64,000 bases of DNA from Chloroflexia bacterium (GCA_036172265.1 JASFBA010000007.1:2077-66076); one strand, 5' to 3'; positions 9,037 through 18,222 are shown, counted from the first letter of the stretch. The notes: generated by a model from the letters alone, not told the origin. Translations and numbers: made by a program.

Positions 9037-9146
9037 ATAGGGGCAACCCTTGGGGTTGCCCCCGTGGGTGAGCAAGGTGGTCCGAGATCGAGCGGCATCC
9101 CCGGTAGGGGCAACCCCGGATAGGCGACCACAAGGGTCGCCCCTAC
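9037..9146. repeat. REP cluster, family C (GTAGGGGCRACCC...GGTYGCCC)
   Basis: ATAGGGGCAACCCTTGGGGTTGCCC at 9037, GTAGGGGCAACCCC at 9104, inverted GGCGACCACAAGGGTCGCCCCTAC at 9123-9146. Confidence 0.65.
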
Positions 9147-11125
9147 GCAGTGGCCCTACGGGCCAGGCGGTGCCGCAAGTCCAGGATGAGGTAGACCAGG
9201 AGAGGTGGGACGACCATCCAGAAGACCACCAGGGCATCCATCTGGTAGGTGGTCTCCCAGGTGATGCCCCACCAATACCAGATAAAGTTCCAGCCCAGGT
9301 GGGCGAGTTCTCCGGCGCAGGCGGACAGCGCCAGGGGCGTGAAAATCCGCTCATCGCCCCAGAGGGCAAGGATGGCGATGGAGAGGAGGAGATACCAGGG
9401 CCAGTACCAGAAGTTGGCCAGGAGAAGGTAGAGGAAGAGGGCGCTGGAGCATTTTTCCAGGAGGGTTGTCCAGGGAGAAGGTTCCCCTTTTCCCCATCCT
9501 GTCAGGAGCGCGCTTCCTGCGCCCGCCTGGGTGCCCAGAAGGAGGCCCAGGAGGAGGCTCAGGGGAAGGCCGGCCAGCCTTCCCAGTTCCTGCCCCCAGC
9601 GCTCCCCCAGCAGTCCCCATCCTCCCAGATACCACCAGAGAAGTCCTCCCAAGGCACCTGCCATCCCTCCCCCCACTAGGCCGATCTGCAGGGCCAGTTT
9701 CCGGCCGGGCCGGCCCAATCTCCAGAGGGCCCGCCCTAGGAGGAGGAGATACCCCAGAATAAAGAGGCCCAGAAAAACGCCCCGTACCAGGTCGTTGATC
9801 GTGCCTTCCGCCAGGTAAGGAAGGAGTGCCTCCCGGCCGACACTGGCGACGGTCATGCGGAACATATCCACGCGCCGGGTAAAGGTGCCGGCGATTTCCG
9901 GCCATCTCCAGAAGAGGGCATAGTGCTCGCCGACCAGAAGGAGCGCCGGAAGGAAGAGAAGGGGGCTATAGACCAGCCATTTTCTCCCCTTTTCCCCGGA
10001 AAGGAGATAGAACAGAAAGAAGGGGGCGAAGAGGACGGTGATGAACTTGACCAGGATGGAGGCGGCCAGAAAGATCAAGGCTATCCCGCCGTAAAGCAGA
10101 CGAGGGGTCGGTCCGGAAGAAGGGCGGGCTTGGCCGAGCATCCAGAAAGCCCCCAGGAGGAAGGTGGCCATCAGCATGTCGTTATGGCCGTTGCCCAAGC
10201 CCTCCATGAGCACCAGCGGGTTCCAGGCAAAGAGGAACGTGCCGGCCAGGGCCTGCTGGGGGGCGGTGCGGCGGAGGGTGTCTGCCAGGAGGAGGAGGCT
10301 CACGAGGTAAGCAGCCGAAGCCAGGGCCTTCTGGGCTACCATATTAGGCCAGAGGGAATTTCCGGCCAGGCGGGTGAGCAGGGCGCTCAGCGCCTCCCAG
10401 AGCGGTCCGTAGGCGGAGGTCGTGCTGCGCCACGAGACATAGTCCGTCATGGGATCGCCCGGGTACTTTTCGGGGGCATGGACGTAGGGGTTGCCGCCGT
10501 AGAGGGCGGTTATGCGCCCGCGGGCGATATAGTCGTAGAGGTCCAGGGAGGTGATGGGGGCGACGAGGAAGTTGGCCAAGGCAAAGAGCAGGGCAAAGGC
10601 GAGGACAGCGGCCCACAGCCGCCGCTCGTTTCGGCCCCGGCAGAGGCGATAGGCCAGGCCGTAGAAGAGGAAGAGGCCGGCCGTGGCCAGCGCCGTGGCC
10701 AGGGCCACGCTGCCATCGCGTTCGGCGATCAGGCCGATGCCGATTTGCTTGAGGTTGTGGTAGCGTTGCAGGGAAAAGGGGAGAGAAAAGTGCAAAACGT
10801 AGAGGGTCAAGGATGCGGCTCCCAGAGCCAGAAAAAGGGGGAAGCGGACGCCGTTCCTTCCCCGCCGAAACAGGACCGGCAGCCAGACACCCAGCGCCAG
10901 GCCCAGGAGGAGGGCCCCGGAGATTGGAAGCCAGAACCGCATTTCGGCGGGCAGGCCGACAGGAGGTGGAGGTTCGGCAAACGGTTCGACCGGTGGGGGT
11001 ATGGGCCGGGCCTCGGTCGGGGAAAGTGCCGGCCAGCCGCAGGTCAGGACGACCAGAGGGGGAACCCAGAAGAGGAGGACAGCGGCGGAAAGGCCGGCCC
11101 ACAGAACCCACCTTGGACGTGACAT
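9143..11125 (-). CDS. GT-C fold membrane glycosyltransferase (MptA/MptB-like alpha-mannosyltransferase)
   Basis: SLDLYDYIARG, GGNPY, SAYGPLWE, AWNPLVLMEGLGNGHND, ILVKF, WYWPWY; many TM helices; start MSRPRW after GGAGG. Confidence 0.8.
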   Translation of the reverse strand: MSRPRWVLWAGLSAAVLLFWVPPLVVLTCGWPALSPTEARPIPPPVEPFAEPPPPVGLPAEMRFWLPISGALLLGLALGVWLPVLFRRGRNGVRFPLFLALGAASLTLYVLHFSLPFSLQRYHNLKQIGIGLIAERDGSVALATALATAGLFLFYGLAYRLCRGRNERRLWAAVLAFALLFALANFLVAPITSLDLYDYIARGRITALYGGNPYVHAPEKYPGDPMTDYVSWRSTTSAYGPLWEALSALLTRLAGNSLWPNMVAQKALASAAYLVSLLLLADTLRRTAPQQALAGTFLFAWNPLVLMEGLGNGHNDMLMATFLLGAFWMLGQARPSSGPTPRLLYGGIALIFLAASILVKFITVLFAPFFLFYLLSGEKGRKWLVYSPLLFLPALLLVGEHYALFWRWPEIAGTFTRRVDMFRMTVASVGREALLPYLAEGTINDLVRGVFLGLFILGYLLLLGRALWRLGRPGRKLALQIGLVGGGMAGALGGLLWWYLGGWGLLGERWGQELGRLAGLPLSLLLGLLLGTQAGAGSALLTGWGKGEPSPWTTLLEKCSSALFLYLLLANFWYWPWYLLLSIAILALWGDERIFTPLALSACAGELAHLGWNFIWYWWGITWETTYQMDALVVFWMVVPPLLVYLILDLRHRLARRATA

Positions 11126-11230
11126 CTTACCTCCTACATCGTCCACGGCTTGCGGGAGGGTGCAGGTCCGTAAAGGGTACAGTCCGCACCGGAGGCATTC
11201 TAGCACAGGCGGCCGGCCGGCGCAACGCGG

Positions 11231-11259
11231 TTGCAGGTCTGGGCGGATTGTAGTATAAT
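11231..11259 (+). promoter_or_regulatory. Sigma70-type promoter for darA-rplY-tldE-ogt
   Basis: TTGCAG-17 nt-TATAAT. Confidence 0.6.
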
Positions 11260-11284
11260 TTTTCCGACGATTCGATAGGAGGAA

Positions 11285-11530
11285 ATGGTGAAACTGGCGA
11301 TTGTTGTGCTGTCCAACGCCCAGGCCGACGAGGCGGTAGAAGCCCTTTTGAAGGCCGGACATCGGGTTACCCGGCTGGCCAGCACCGGGGGACTTCTCCG
11401 ACAGGGCAACACCACGTTGCTTGTCGGGGCGGAGGACAAACATATGGAAGAGATTATGGACATCCTTCGCCAGCAGGCTCCCGGGGCGTTGATCGCCATA
11501 TTGCCTCTGGAGCGTTATGAACACTTCTGA
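11285..11530 (+). CDS. darA: PII-like cyclic-di-AMP receptor (DarA/PstA, DUF970), short form
   Basis: VTRLASTGGLLRQGNTTLLVG matches the DarA/PstA signature; C-terminal ILPLERYEHF. Confidence 0.8.
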   Translation: MVKLAIVVLSNAQADEAVEALLKAGHRVTRLASTGGLLRQGNTTLLVGAEDKHMEEIMDILRQQAPGALIAILPLERYEHF

Positions 11531-11543
11531 GGTGGAGGACATA

Positions 11544-12167
11544 ATGGCCGAGATTACCTTACAAGCAGAACGACGAAAAGTTGTCGGCAAGCGGGTACGG
11601 CGTTTGCGCCGCTCCGGGTTGGTGCCTGGGGTCTTCTACGGGCCTCGGGTGGAACCGCTGCTCGTTCAGGTCCCGCACAAAATGCTGAGCGAGGTTTACC
11701 GGCAGGCAGGGAGCAGCACTCTCATCCAGGTGGTGCTGGACGGCAATACCTACCCGGCTCTGATCCGCGATCTCCAGCGCGACCCGATCAGCCAGGAGAT
11801 TCTGCACCTGGACCTGGAACGGGTCGACCTGGACCGGCCGATTACCACCCAGGTTCCCATCATCCTGAAGGGCATTTCGCCTGTAGTGGAGCAGGGCCTG
11901 GCGGTGTTGACGCACGGCTTGGAAGAGATCGAAATCCGCTGTCTTCCCACCGCCGTCCCTGCCCATGTTGAAGTGGATATTTCCGTGATTACCCGGCCGG
12001 ACCAGGCCATCCACGTCGGCGACCTGGTCCTTCCTCCGGAGGTGCATCTCCTCACCGATCCCAAGGCGATCATCGTTTACACCACGCCGATTCGCCGCCT
12101 GGAGGAAGAAGAGAAGCCGGCCGAGGAAACGGCCCCGACCGGTTCGGCCACGTCCAAGGAGGAATAA
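11544..12167 (+). CDS. rplY: 50S ribosomal protein L25/Ctc
   Basis: GKRVRRLRRSGLVPGVFYG, LQRDPISQEILHLDL, C-terminal TL5 domain. Confidence 0.92.
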   Translation: MAEITLQAERRKVVGKRVRRLRRSGLVPGVFYGPRVEPLLVQVPHKMLSEVYRQAGSSTLIQVVLDGNTYPALIRDLQRDPISQEILHLDLERVDLDRPITTQVPIILKGISPVVEQGLAVLTHGLEEIEIRCLPTAVPAHVEVDISVITRPDQAIHVGDLVLPPEVHLLTDPKAIIVYTTPIRRLEEEEKPAEETAPTGSATSKEE

Positions 12168-12201
12168 CCCTTTCCTCCGTTTAGAAGAAAAGGAGTAAGC
12201 C

Positions 12202-13533
12202 GTGTTCGGCCCCGAACGTTTCCAGCAGATTGCCGAGACCGTCTTCCGGTACTCCGGTGCCGACCAGACCGAGGTGGTCTTTATGGCCGGCGAGGAGAGT
12301 TTGACCCGCTTTGCCAATTCCTACATCCATCAGAACGTTGCCCGCAGCAATGCCCAGGTTTCGGTGCGGGCCGTCGTGGGTCGGCGCACCGGCGTGGCTT
12401 CCACCAATGACCTCTCGGAGGAAGCGTTGCGCCGGGTGGCCGAAGAGGCATTGGAGATTGCCCGGATGCAGGTGGAGGACCCCGATTTCCGTTCCCTCCC
12501 TGGGCCGGCTCCCATCCCGTCGGTCGAGGCCTTTGCCCCAGGAGTGGCTTCTTGCCCGCCCGAGGAGCGGGCCCGGCGGGTGGGAACGATCTGCCGACTG
12601 GCCAGAGATCACGGTCTGCGGGCCAGCGGGGCCCTTTCCACCGGCTGGGGCGAGATCGGAGTGGCCAATTCTCTGGGTGTCCGGGCCTACTTCCCGCTCA
12701 CTCGGGCCGAACTGAACACGGTCATCCTGGGAGAGAGCGGTTCGGGGCATGCCATGGCCATCGCCACCGGTCTGGAGGAACTGGATGAGGAGGCTGTGGC
12801 CCGGGAGGCCATTGACAAAGCGCTGCGCAGTACCCATCCCATTGAAATTCCCCCGGGTGAGTATGAGGTCGTCCTGGAAGAGTATGCGGTCGCCACGATG
12901 CTAAACTATATGGCCTACTTGGGCTTCTCGGCCCTGGCCCTGCAGGAGGGGCGCAGTTTTATGCGGCTGGGAGAACGCATCGTCGGTCCGGAGGTCACTA
13001 TCTGGGACGACGGTTTGGACTCCTCCGGCCTGCCTATGCCTTTTGACTTCGAGGGCGTGCCGAAGCAGCGGGTAGACCTCATAGTCGAGGGCGTGGCCCA
13101 GGCGGTAGTCTATGATTCGTACACGGCCGGCCGGGAGGAAGGACGCTCTTCCACCGGCCATGCCCTGCCGGCCCCCAACACCTTCGGTCCTCTGCCGCTT
13201 AACCTCTTTATGGCCCCGGGCACCACTCCTCGGCAGGAGTTGGGCCGCTCCATCGAGCGCGGCCTCTGGATCACCCGCTTCCACTACGTCAACCCGGCCC
13301 ATCCTAAGAAGGCTATTCTGACCGGCATGACGCGGGACGGCACCTTCCTCATCGAAAACGGGGAAGTTGCCCGGCCGGTCAAGGACCTGCGCTTTACCCA
13401 GAGCGCGCTGGAGGCGCTGAGCGAGGTGGTTGCCATAAGCCGGGAGACGCGGCTGGTGCCCGGCTTCTTTGGGGGCACCCGCGTGCCGGCTCTGCATTTG
13501 CGTCGTTTCCGCTTCACCGGGGCGACGGTATAA
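12202..13533 (+). CDS. TldD/PmbA family protein (TldE/PmbA-like, no HExxxH)
   Basis: LTRFANSYIHQN, IPPGEYEVVLE, PFDFEGVPK, STGHA, TGMTRDGTFLIENGE. Confidence 0.85.
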   Translation: MFGPERFQQIAETVFRYSGADQTEVVFMAGEESLTRFANSYIHQNVARSNAQVSVRAVVGRRTGVASTNDLSEEALRRVAEEALEIARMQVEDPDFRSLPGPAPIPSVEAFAPGVASCPPEERARRVGTICRLARDHGLRASGALSTGWGEIGVANSLGVRAYFPLTRAELNTVILGESGSGHAMAIATGLEELDEEAVAREAIDKALRSTHPIEIPPGEYEVVLEEYAVATMLNYMAYLGFSALALQEGRSFMRLGERIVGPEVTIWDDGLDSSGLPMPFDFEGVPKQRVDLIVEGVAQAVVYDSYTAGREEGRSSTGHALPAPNTFGPLPLNLFMAPGTTPRQELGRSIERGLWITRFHYVNPAHPKKAILTGMTRDGTFLIENGEVARPVKDLRFTQSALEALSEVVAISRETRLVPGFFGGTRVPALHLRRFRFTGATV

Positions 13534-13547
13534 TCTCCGGAGGAAAT

Positions 13548-14066
13548 ATGCCGGACCTGTACTGGTGCCGCTGTCCTTCGCCCTGGGGCTCGCTACGCTT
13601 GTTGGCCACGGAGCGCGGCCTGTGTCGGGTGATCCTTCCCACCGAGGAGGGGGTAGAACGCTGGGTGGCCCGCTTCCTGCCCGGCCACACGGCCGTCGAG
13701 GGGGGCCGCCTTCTCCAGGAGGTGGCCGGGCAGATAGAGCGTTACCTGGCTGGCCGGCTGCATGCCTTTGACCTACCCCTGGACCTTTGCGGGACCGCCT
13801 TTCAGAAGGCCGTCTGGCAGGCTGTGCAGGCCATCCCCTACGGCCAGGTGCGGAGTTACGCCCAGGTGGCTGCGGCTGTGGGCCGGCCACAGGCGGCCCG
13901 GGCCGTCGGAGCGGCTGTTGGGGCCAATCCGCTGCCCATCGTCATCCCTTGCCACCGGGTCGTTTGCGCCGATGGCTCTCTGGGCGGCTACGGCGGCGGA
14001 ACGGAGATGAAACGAGACCTGCTTCGCCTGGAAGGTTGCAACGTGGCATCCTTTGTGTTAAAATAA
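13548..14066 (+). CDS. ogt: Methylated-DNA--protein-cysteine methyltransferase
   Basis: GTAFQKAVW, IPYG, RAVG, IPCHRV active site. Confidence 0.92.
   Translation: MPDLYWCRCPSPWGSLRLLATERGLCRVILPTEEGVERWVARFLPGHTAVEGGRLLQEVAGQIERYLAGRLHAFDLPLDLCGTAFQKAVWQAVQAIPYGQVRSYAQVAAAVGRPQAARAVGAAVGANPLPIVIPCHRVVCADGSLGGYGGGTEMKRDLLRLEGCNVASFVLK
14036..14064 (+). promoter_or_regulatory. Internal sigma70-type promoter for the roadblock gene
   Basis: TTGCAA-17 nt-TAAAAT with TG extension, inside the 3' end of ogt. Confidence 0.45.
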
Positions 14067-14106
14067 GGATGGGTCCGCAGGCGGCCAGACCCAGAAGGAG
14101 GAACGA

Positions 14107-14478
14107 GTGGCTACGCGCACTGATGAGATGGTCAAGCTGCTCAAGGAACTCCAGATGACCACCCCGGACGTCGAGGCCTCAGCGGTGGTCAGTGTGGACG
14201 GGCTGATCATTGCCTCGGCCCTCCCTGCCGATGTGGAGGAGGACCGGGTCTCGGCGATGAGCGCGGCCATGCTTTCCTTGGGCGAACGAATCGCCAGCGA
14301 ACTGCGCCGGGGGGCACTGGATCAGGTTTTCGTGCGCGGCGAGGAAGGGTACGTGCTCCTGATGTCGGTGGGGCAGGAGGCCGTGCTGACGGCACTGGCA
14401 CGCAAGAACGCCAAGTTGGGCCTGGTCTTCTTGGATATGAAGCGTACGGCGGCCGAACTCCTCCGCCTGTTGGCCTAA
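14107..14478 (+). CDS. Roadblock/LC7 (MglB-like) protein
   Basis: VVSVDGLIIAS, DRVSAMSAAMLSLG, AKLGLVFLDM. Confidence 0.88.
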   Translation: MATRTDEMVKLLKELQMTTPDVEASAVVSVDGLIIASALPADVEEDRVSAMSAAMLSLGERIASELRRGALDQVFVRGEEGYVLLMSVGQEAVLTALARKNAKLGLVFLDMKRTAAELLRLLA

Positions 14479-14524
14479 GGGATCAAGGCCGACACAACGG
14501 GGCTATTGCCCCACTGTGGGATCC

Positions 14525-14863
14525 CTACCTTCCAGCAGTTTTTCCCTCCGAGCCGGAAGGCGGTTCGGACGAACCGCGGCCGCAGGCGCAAGCGCAGTCG
14601 CTACTTTCCCGTTCCTTTTCTCCCCTCAAAGCGGCCCAGAGCATCGCCGCTGCACAACCCACGCCGCTATCTACGGAGATCGCTCCGGCCGGGCAGTTGC
14701 GCTGGCAGGCTCCACACTCCATACAGGCCTCCGGGTTGCGCAGTTCGGCCGCTTCCCGCCCAGGAGCAAAAACGCCGTGCGGACAGACGATGGAGCACAA
14801 ATCGCAATTGATGCAGAGGTCGGGGTTGTAACGCAAAGTATTGGTTACAGAGGTCTGAATCAT
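14525..14863 (-). CDS. hgcB: Mercury methylation ferredoxin HgcB
   Basis: CINCDLCSIVCPH and CMECGACQRNCP (HgcB signature), GVGCA; ATGA overlap with the hgcA stop. Confidence 0.92.
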   Translation of the reverse strand: MIQTSVTNTLRYNPDLCINCDLCSIVCPHGVFAPGREAAELRNPEACMECGACQRNCPAGAISVDSGVGCAAAMLWAALRGEKERESSDCACACGRGSSEPPSGSEGKTAGR

Positions 14864-15873
14864 CCGAAGCCTCCTAACCTTTCGACGACAAACGAGGTCA
14901 GAAAAAGGACGACGCCGGTGGCAAAGAGGCCGGCCATCAGACGGGTGTAGCGGAGAATCTCCCGGCGTACCCCGCTCCGCGAGGTGAAGGGGGTCGAACC
15001 GGTGAAGTTGAGCGCCAGGAACGCGGTTACGGGAGGCAAGACCAGCAGGAAGGCCAGGGCCATAAGGACCCGCCACCAGGCTGGTGACCCGCCCCCCTCA
15101 AGTACCCCCAGCGCGAAGGGCAGGGCCACTGCCCCGCCCAGGAAAAAGCCTTTGCTGCTGAAATCGCGCGTAGGCAACCAGGGCAGAAGGATGGGAAAGA
15201 GCACCACCCCGGCCAGCACCGCCGCTACCGTCGCCGCTACCGCAAGCCAGCCACCCAGAAAACGCACCACCACGGCTACCAGAAGAAGCGGTAGGAAGAC
15301 GTGGACAACTTCTACCGGAATCAGCACCAGGCGGTCCGGGAGGTCGAAACGCACCCGACGCATCTCCGGCGTGGCTTGATGGGTCTTCAAGTACTCCGGC
15401 AGGTCGGAGGCACGCACCGGGCCGTATTCCACCCGGAAGCCGCAGCGCCGCCGAACCTCGTGCGCAGAGACCCCGGCGGCACCTAACTGGGGCAGGATGA
15501 GGGTACGGTGGCGGACTAGATCGGCCAAGCCGGTGGCCTCAACCCGCCGTACTACTTCATCGGTACTGAAGGTGCCTTTGCCGGCCGCGCACCAGACGTT
15601 GATACCTTCGGTATCCAGGACCAGGATGTAGCCGTCTATCCCGGCCAGGGCCGAGCGCAGGGCATCGAAGGAGAGGGTGTAGTTGGCGGTGACGAAGACG
15701 GGCGATTCGGGTGTAGGATTCCCCAGAGCATATAGCCCCGGTCGGATGCGGTGTCCTCCCCGACGGTAGCCCAGCCGGGCCAGGACGTGATCCCAGCGAT
15801 CAGCCCAGGTCAGGGTGGATGTCGTGGGGATGATGGAAAGGTCCGGTGGTGTCATCTCGATACTTTTGTCCAT
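14860..15873 (-). CDS. hgcA: Mercury methylation corrinoid protein HgcA
   Basis: Cap-helix motif NVWCAAGKG, VTANY, LILPQL, GPVRA; C-terminal TM helices ending NFTGSTPFTS; followed by hgcB. Confidence 0.95.
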   Translation of the reverse strand: MDKSIEMTPPDLSIIPTTSTLTWADRWDHVLARLGYRRGGHRIRPGLYALGNPTPESPVFVTANYTLSFDALRSALAGIDGYILVLDTEGINVWCAAGKGTFSTDEVVRRVEATGLADLVRHRTLILPQLGAAGVSAHEVRRRCGFRVEYGPVRASDLPEYLKTHQATPEMRRVRFDLPDRLVLIPVEVVHVFLPLLLVAVVVRFLGGWLAVAATVAAVLAGVVLFPILLPWLPTRDFSSKGFFLGGAVALPFALGVLEGGGSPAWWRVLMALAFLLVLPPVTAFLALNFTGSTPFTSRSGVRREILRYTRLMAGLFATGVVLFLTSFVVERLGGFG

Positions 15874-15886
15874 ATCTCAAATCTCG

Positions 15887-15936
15887 TAACCTGGGCTTCA
15901 GCCTGGGCTATTGGCACAGGTTGAAGCCTATGCTAC
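15887..15936. repeat. REP doublet, family A, between DUF72 gene and hgcA
   Basis: GTAACCTGGGCTTCAGCCTG followed by inverted CAGGTTGAAGCCTATGCTAC. Confidence 0.6.
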
Positions 15937-16703
15937 TCGGCCAGCAACAGGCGCAGTTGCCGGGCCGTCTGCACGGCCTGGCCCTGCCAGTGGTTGTTGG
16001 CGAAGATAAAGACCGTATCCGCCTTCTGCTCCAGGTAGCGAATCTTGGGCAGCCACTCGTGCAATTCCTCGTCGCTGTAAGTGTAGTCGTAACGCTCCCA
16101 GGCTTCCTCGTGCTGCCACCACTTGGCTGCGTTGCGTCCGTGGAAACGGACGTAGGCGATGGGAGATGTGGCCTCGGCCACCGGGGGGAGCAGCCCCTTC
16201 AGGCGGGGCTCGTCCACGCAGCAGAAGCCGAATTGCAGCCGGCGCAGCAGGTCGAAGGTATCCTCGTTCACCCAGGCTGCATTGCGGAACTCGATCACCA
16301 CCGGCAGTTCGCCGAAGCGCTCGCGCACCCGATGCAGGTAATCCCGGTTCTCCCGATTGGGGCGAAAGGACCAGGGAAACTGGGCCAGAATACAGCCGAA
16401 CTTGCCCTCCTCCCGAAGTGGGCGGAGGGCCTGGATAAATTGGGCAAAAGCCGCCTCGTTTTCCTCGCGCCCGTGGGTGAGTTCCTGGCTGGCCTTGACG
16501 GTGAAGAGGAAGCCGGCCGGCACCTTCCGGGCCATGGCCTGGAGGGTATAGGGGTCGGGGAGGCGGTAATAAGTAAAGTTTACCTCAACGGCATCAAATT
16601 CACGGGCATAGTAGGGGAGCATATCCCGTTCGAGCATGCCCTCTGGATAGAAGGGGCCAATCCAATCCTGATAACTGTAGCCGCTGGTGCCGATGCGGAT
16701 CAT
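15933..16703 (-). CDS. DUF72 (YecE family) protein
   Basis: IRIGTSGYSY, VEVNFTYY, YVRFHGRN, YDYTYS, FANNH. Confidence 0.9.
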   Translation of the reverse strand: MIRIGTSGYSYQDWIGPFYPEGMLERDMLPYYAREFDAVEVNFTYYRLPDPYTLQAMARKVPAGFLFTVKASQELTHGREENEAAFAQFIQALRPLREEGKFGCILAQFPWSFRPNRENRDYLHRVRERFGELPVVIEFRNAAWVNEDTFDLLRRLQFGFCCVDEPRLKGLLPPVAEATSPIAYVRFHGRNAAKWWQHEEAWERYDYTYSDEELHEWLPKIRYLEQKADTVFIFANNHWQGQAVQTARQLRLLLAE

Positions 16704-16706
16704 CGT

Positions 16707-18050
16707 CTATCCCTCCACACAGAAACGCCGCACCACCTCGTAGAGCACCCGCAGGCTGAAGCGCAGATTTTCCAGGGAGATGCGTTCGTTGTGGGCATGG
16801 GCCAGTTGCAGGGGGGAGATGCTGCCCTCCTCCCGCATAGGGCCAAAGCCGTAGGTGGTAACGCCCAAGGGAACGAGGTGGCGGGCGTCGGTAGCGCCGC
16901 AGACCATCATGGGAAGGAGGATGGCCTGGGGTTCAAACTCCCCAAGGACGGCCTCGATGGTGCGATAGAGAGGGGTATCGGGGCCGGCCTCCAGGCCGGG
17001 GGAGTATTCCTCGACCTGGATCTCCACGGCCGGCCCAACGACCTCGCCGACCTCGCGCAAAAACTGCTCCGGGTATTGATCGGGCAGGATACGTCCGTCT
17101 ACCAGGGCCTCGGCAGTGGAAGGGATGACGTTGACCTTCTGGCCGGCTTGCAGGACGGTGGGCGTGGCCGTGTTATGGAGCATCCCAAAGATCATACGCT
17201 GCCAGGCCTGGGTAATGGGCAACTGGCGCAGAAGGAAGGCACTGGCCGCCGGATCCAAGAGGCCGCGGACCAGAGTAGCCGTCTCATGCCCCTGTCCACG
17301 GGCCAGGCCTTCGACGAAACGCTTGGTGGTACGGGTCAGGTGCATCGGCAAGGGGGTGCGGCCCAGTTTGAGCACCGCTTCGGAGAGGGCGACGACGGCG
17401 TTTTCTTCCTGCGGGATAGCGCCGTGGCCGGCCTGTCCACTGGCCCGCAGGCGCAGCCAGCAGACCCCTTTTTCGGCGGTCTGGCAGGTGAAGTAGGTCT
17501 GGCCGCGCAGTTCCAGGCTGACACCGCCGCCCTCATTGATGGCATATTCGGCCCGCACCAGGTCGGGGTGGTTGACCACCAGCCAGGCCAACCCCTTGGA
17601 ACCGTGTTCCTCCTCGTCGGCACAGGCGGCCAGGATGAGGTCGCGTTTGAGCGGGAGGCCCTGGCGGTGGAGGAGCAACACGATCATCAACTCGACCGCG
17701 GTCAGGTTCTTGGTGTCCACCGTGCCCCGGCCCCAGATGTAGCCGTCGGCGATGGTGGCGGAGAAGGGGGGGTAGGCCCATTTGTCGGCCTCGGCCGGGA
17801 CGACATCCAGGTGCGAGAGGAGGAGAAGCGGGGCGGCTTGGCCGCTACCGCGCAGGCGCACCACCAGGTTGGCCCGCTCAGGGGCGGATTCCAGGACGAG
17901 TGGATCCAGCCCCTCGCGGGCCAGAACGCCGGCCAGGTATTCGGCGGCCGGCCGTTCGCGGCCAGGCGGGTTGGTGGTATCGAACTGTACCAGCGCCCGT
18001 AGGTGGGCCACCGTCTCCTCGAACGCCTGATCCCAGTTGACCTCGGCCAT
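16707..18050 (-). CDS. M20/M25/M40 family metallo-peptidase
   Basis: DTTNPPG, SHLDVVPA, GRGTVDTK, ADEE, AHAHNE; start MAEVNW. Confidence 0.88.
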   Translation of the reverse strand: MAEVNWDQAFEETVAHLRALVQFDTTNPPGRERPAAEYLAGVLAREGLDPLVLESAPERANLVVRLRGSGQAAPLLLLSHLDVVPAEADKWAYPPFSATIADGYIWGRGTVDTKNLTAVELMIVLLLHRQGLPLKRDLILAACADEEEHGSKGLAWLVVNHPDLVRAEYAINEGGGVSLELRGQTYFTCQTAEKGVCWLRLRASGQAGHGAIPQEENAVVALSEAVLKLGRTPLPMHLTRTTKRFVEGLARGQGHETATLVRGLLDPAASAFLLRQLPITQAWQRMIFGMLHNTATPTVLQAGQKVNVIPSTAEALVDGRILPDQYPEQFLREVGEVVGPAVEIQVEEYSPGLEAGPDTPLYRTIEAVLGEFEPQAILLPMMVCGATDARHLVPLGVTTYGFGPMREEGSISPLQLAHAHNERISLENLRFSLRVLYEVVRRFCVEG

Positions 18051-18193
18051 AGTATTTCCCTTTCGTCTAAAGTTTCTCGTCGGCCCTATTCTACCACAAA
18101 ACCGGCCGGAAACAAACCGGCGCACGATGGATGCGTGTTTCTGCTCGGACGAGTCGATGATGCCCAACTCCAAGATTGCACTCCTGGTCCAAT

Positions 18194-18222
18194 TTGACAA
18201 GAGGGGGTGCTGATGGTATAAG
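18194..18222 (+). promoter_or_regulatory. Sigma70-type promoter for the wxcM-like/GT2 pair
   Basis: TTGACA-17 nt-TATAAG with TG extension. Confidence 0.6.

Noticed and set aside
11126-11590. N-terminal extension of the 815-aa GT-C ORF
   Set aside because: Overlaps darA and rplY on the opposite strand; a good RBS supports the start at 11125
14860-15873. Alternative call as corrinoid Fe-S protein (AcsC/CdhE)
   Set aside because: Has the HgcA Cys cap helix, a TM domain and adjacent hgcB; lacks the Fe-S and TIM-barrel domains
15846-18002. 718-aa plus-strand ORF
   Set aside because: Antisense shadow of the DUF72 and M20 genes
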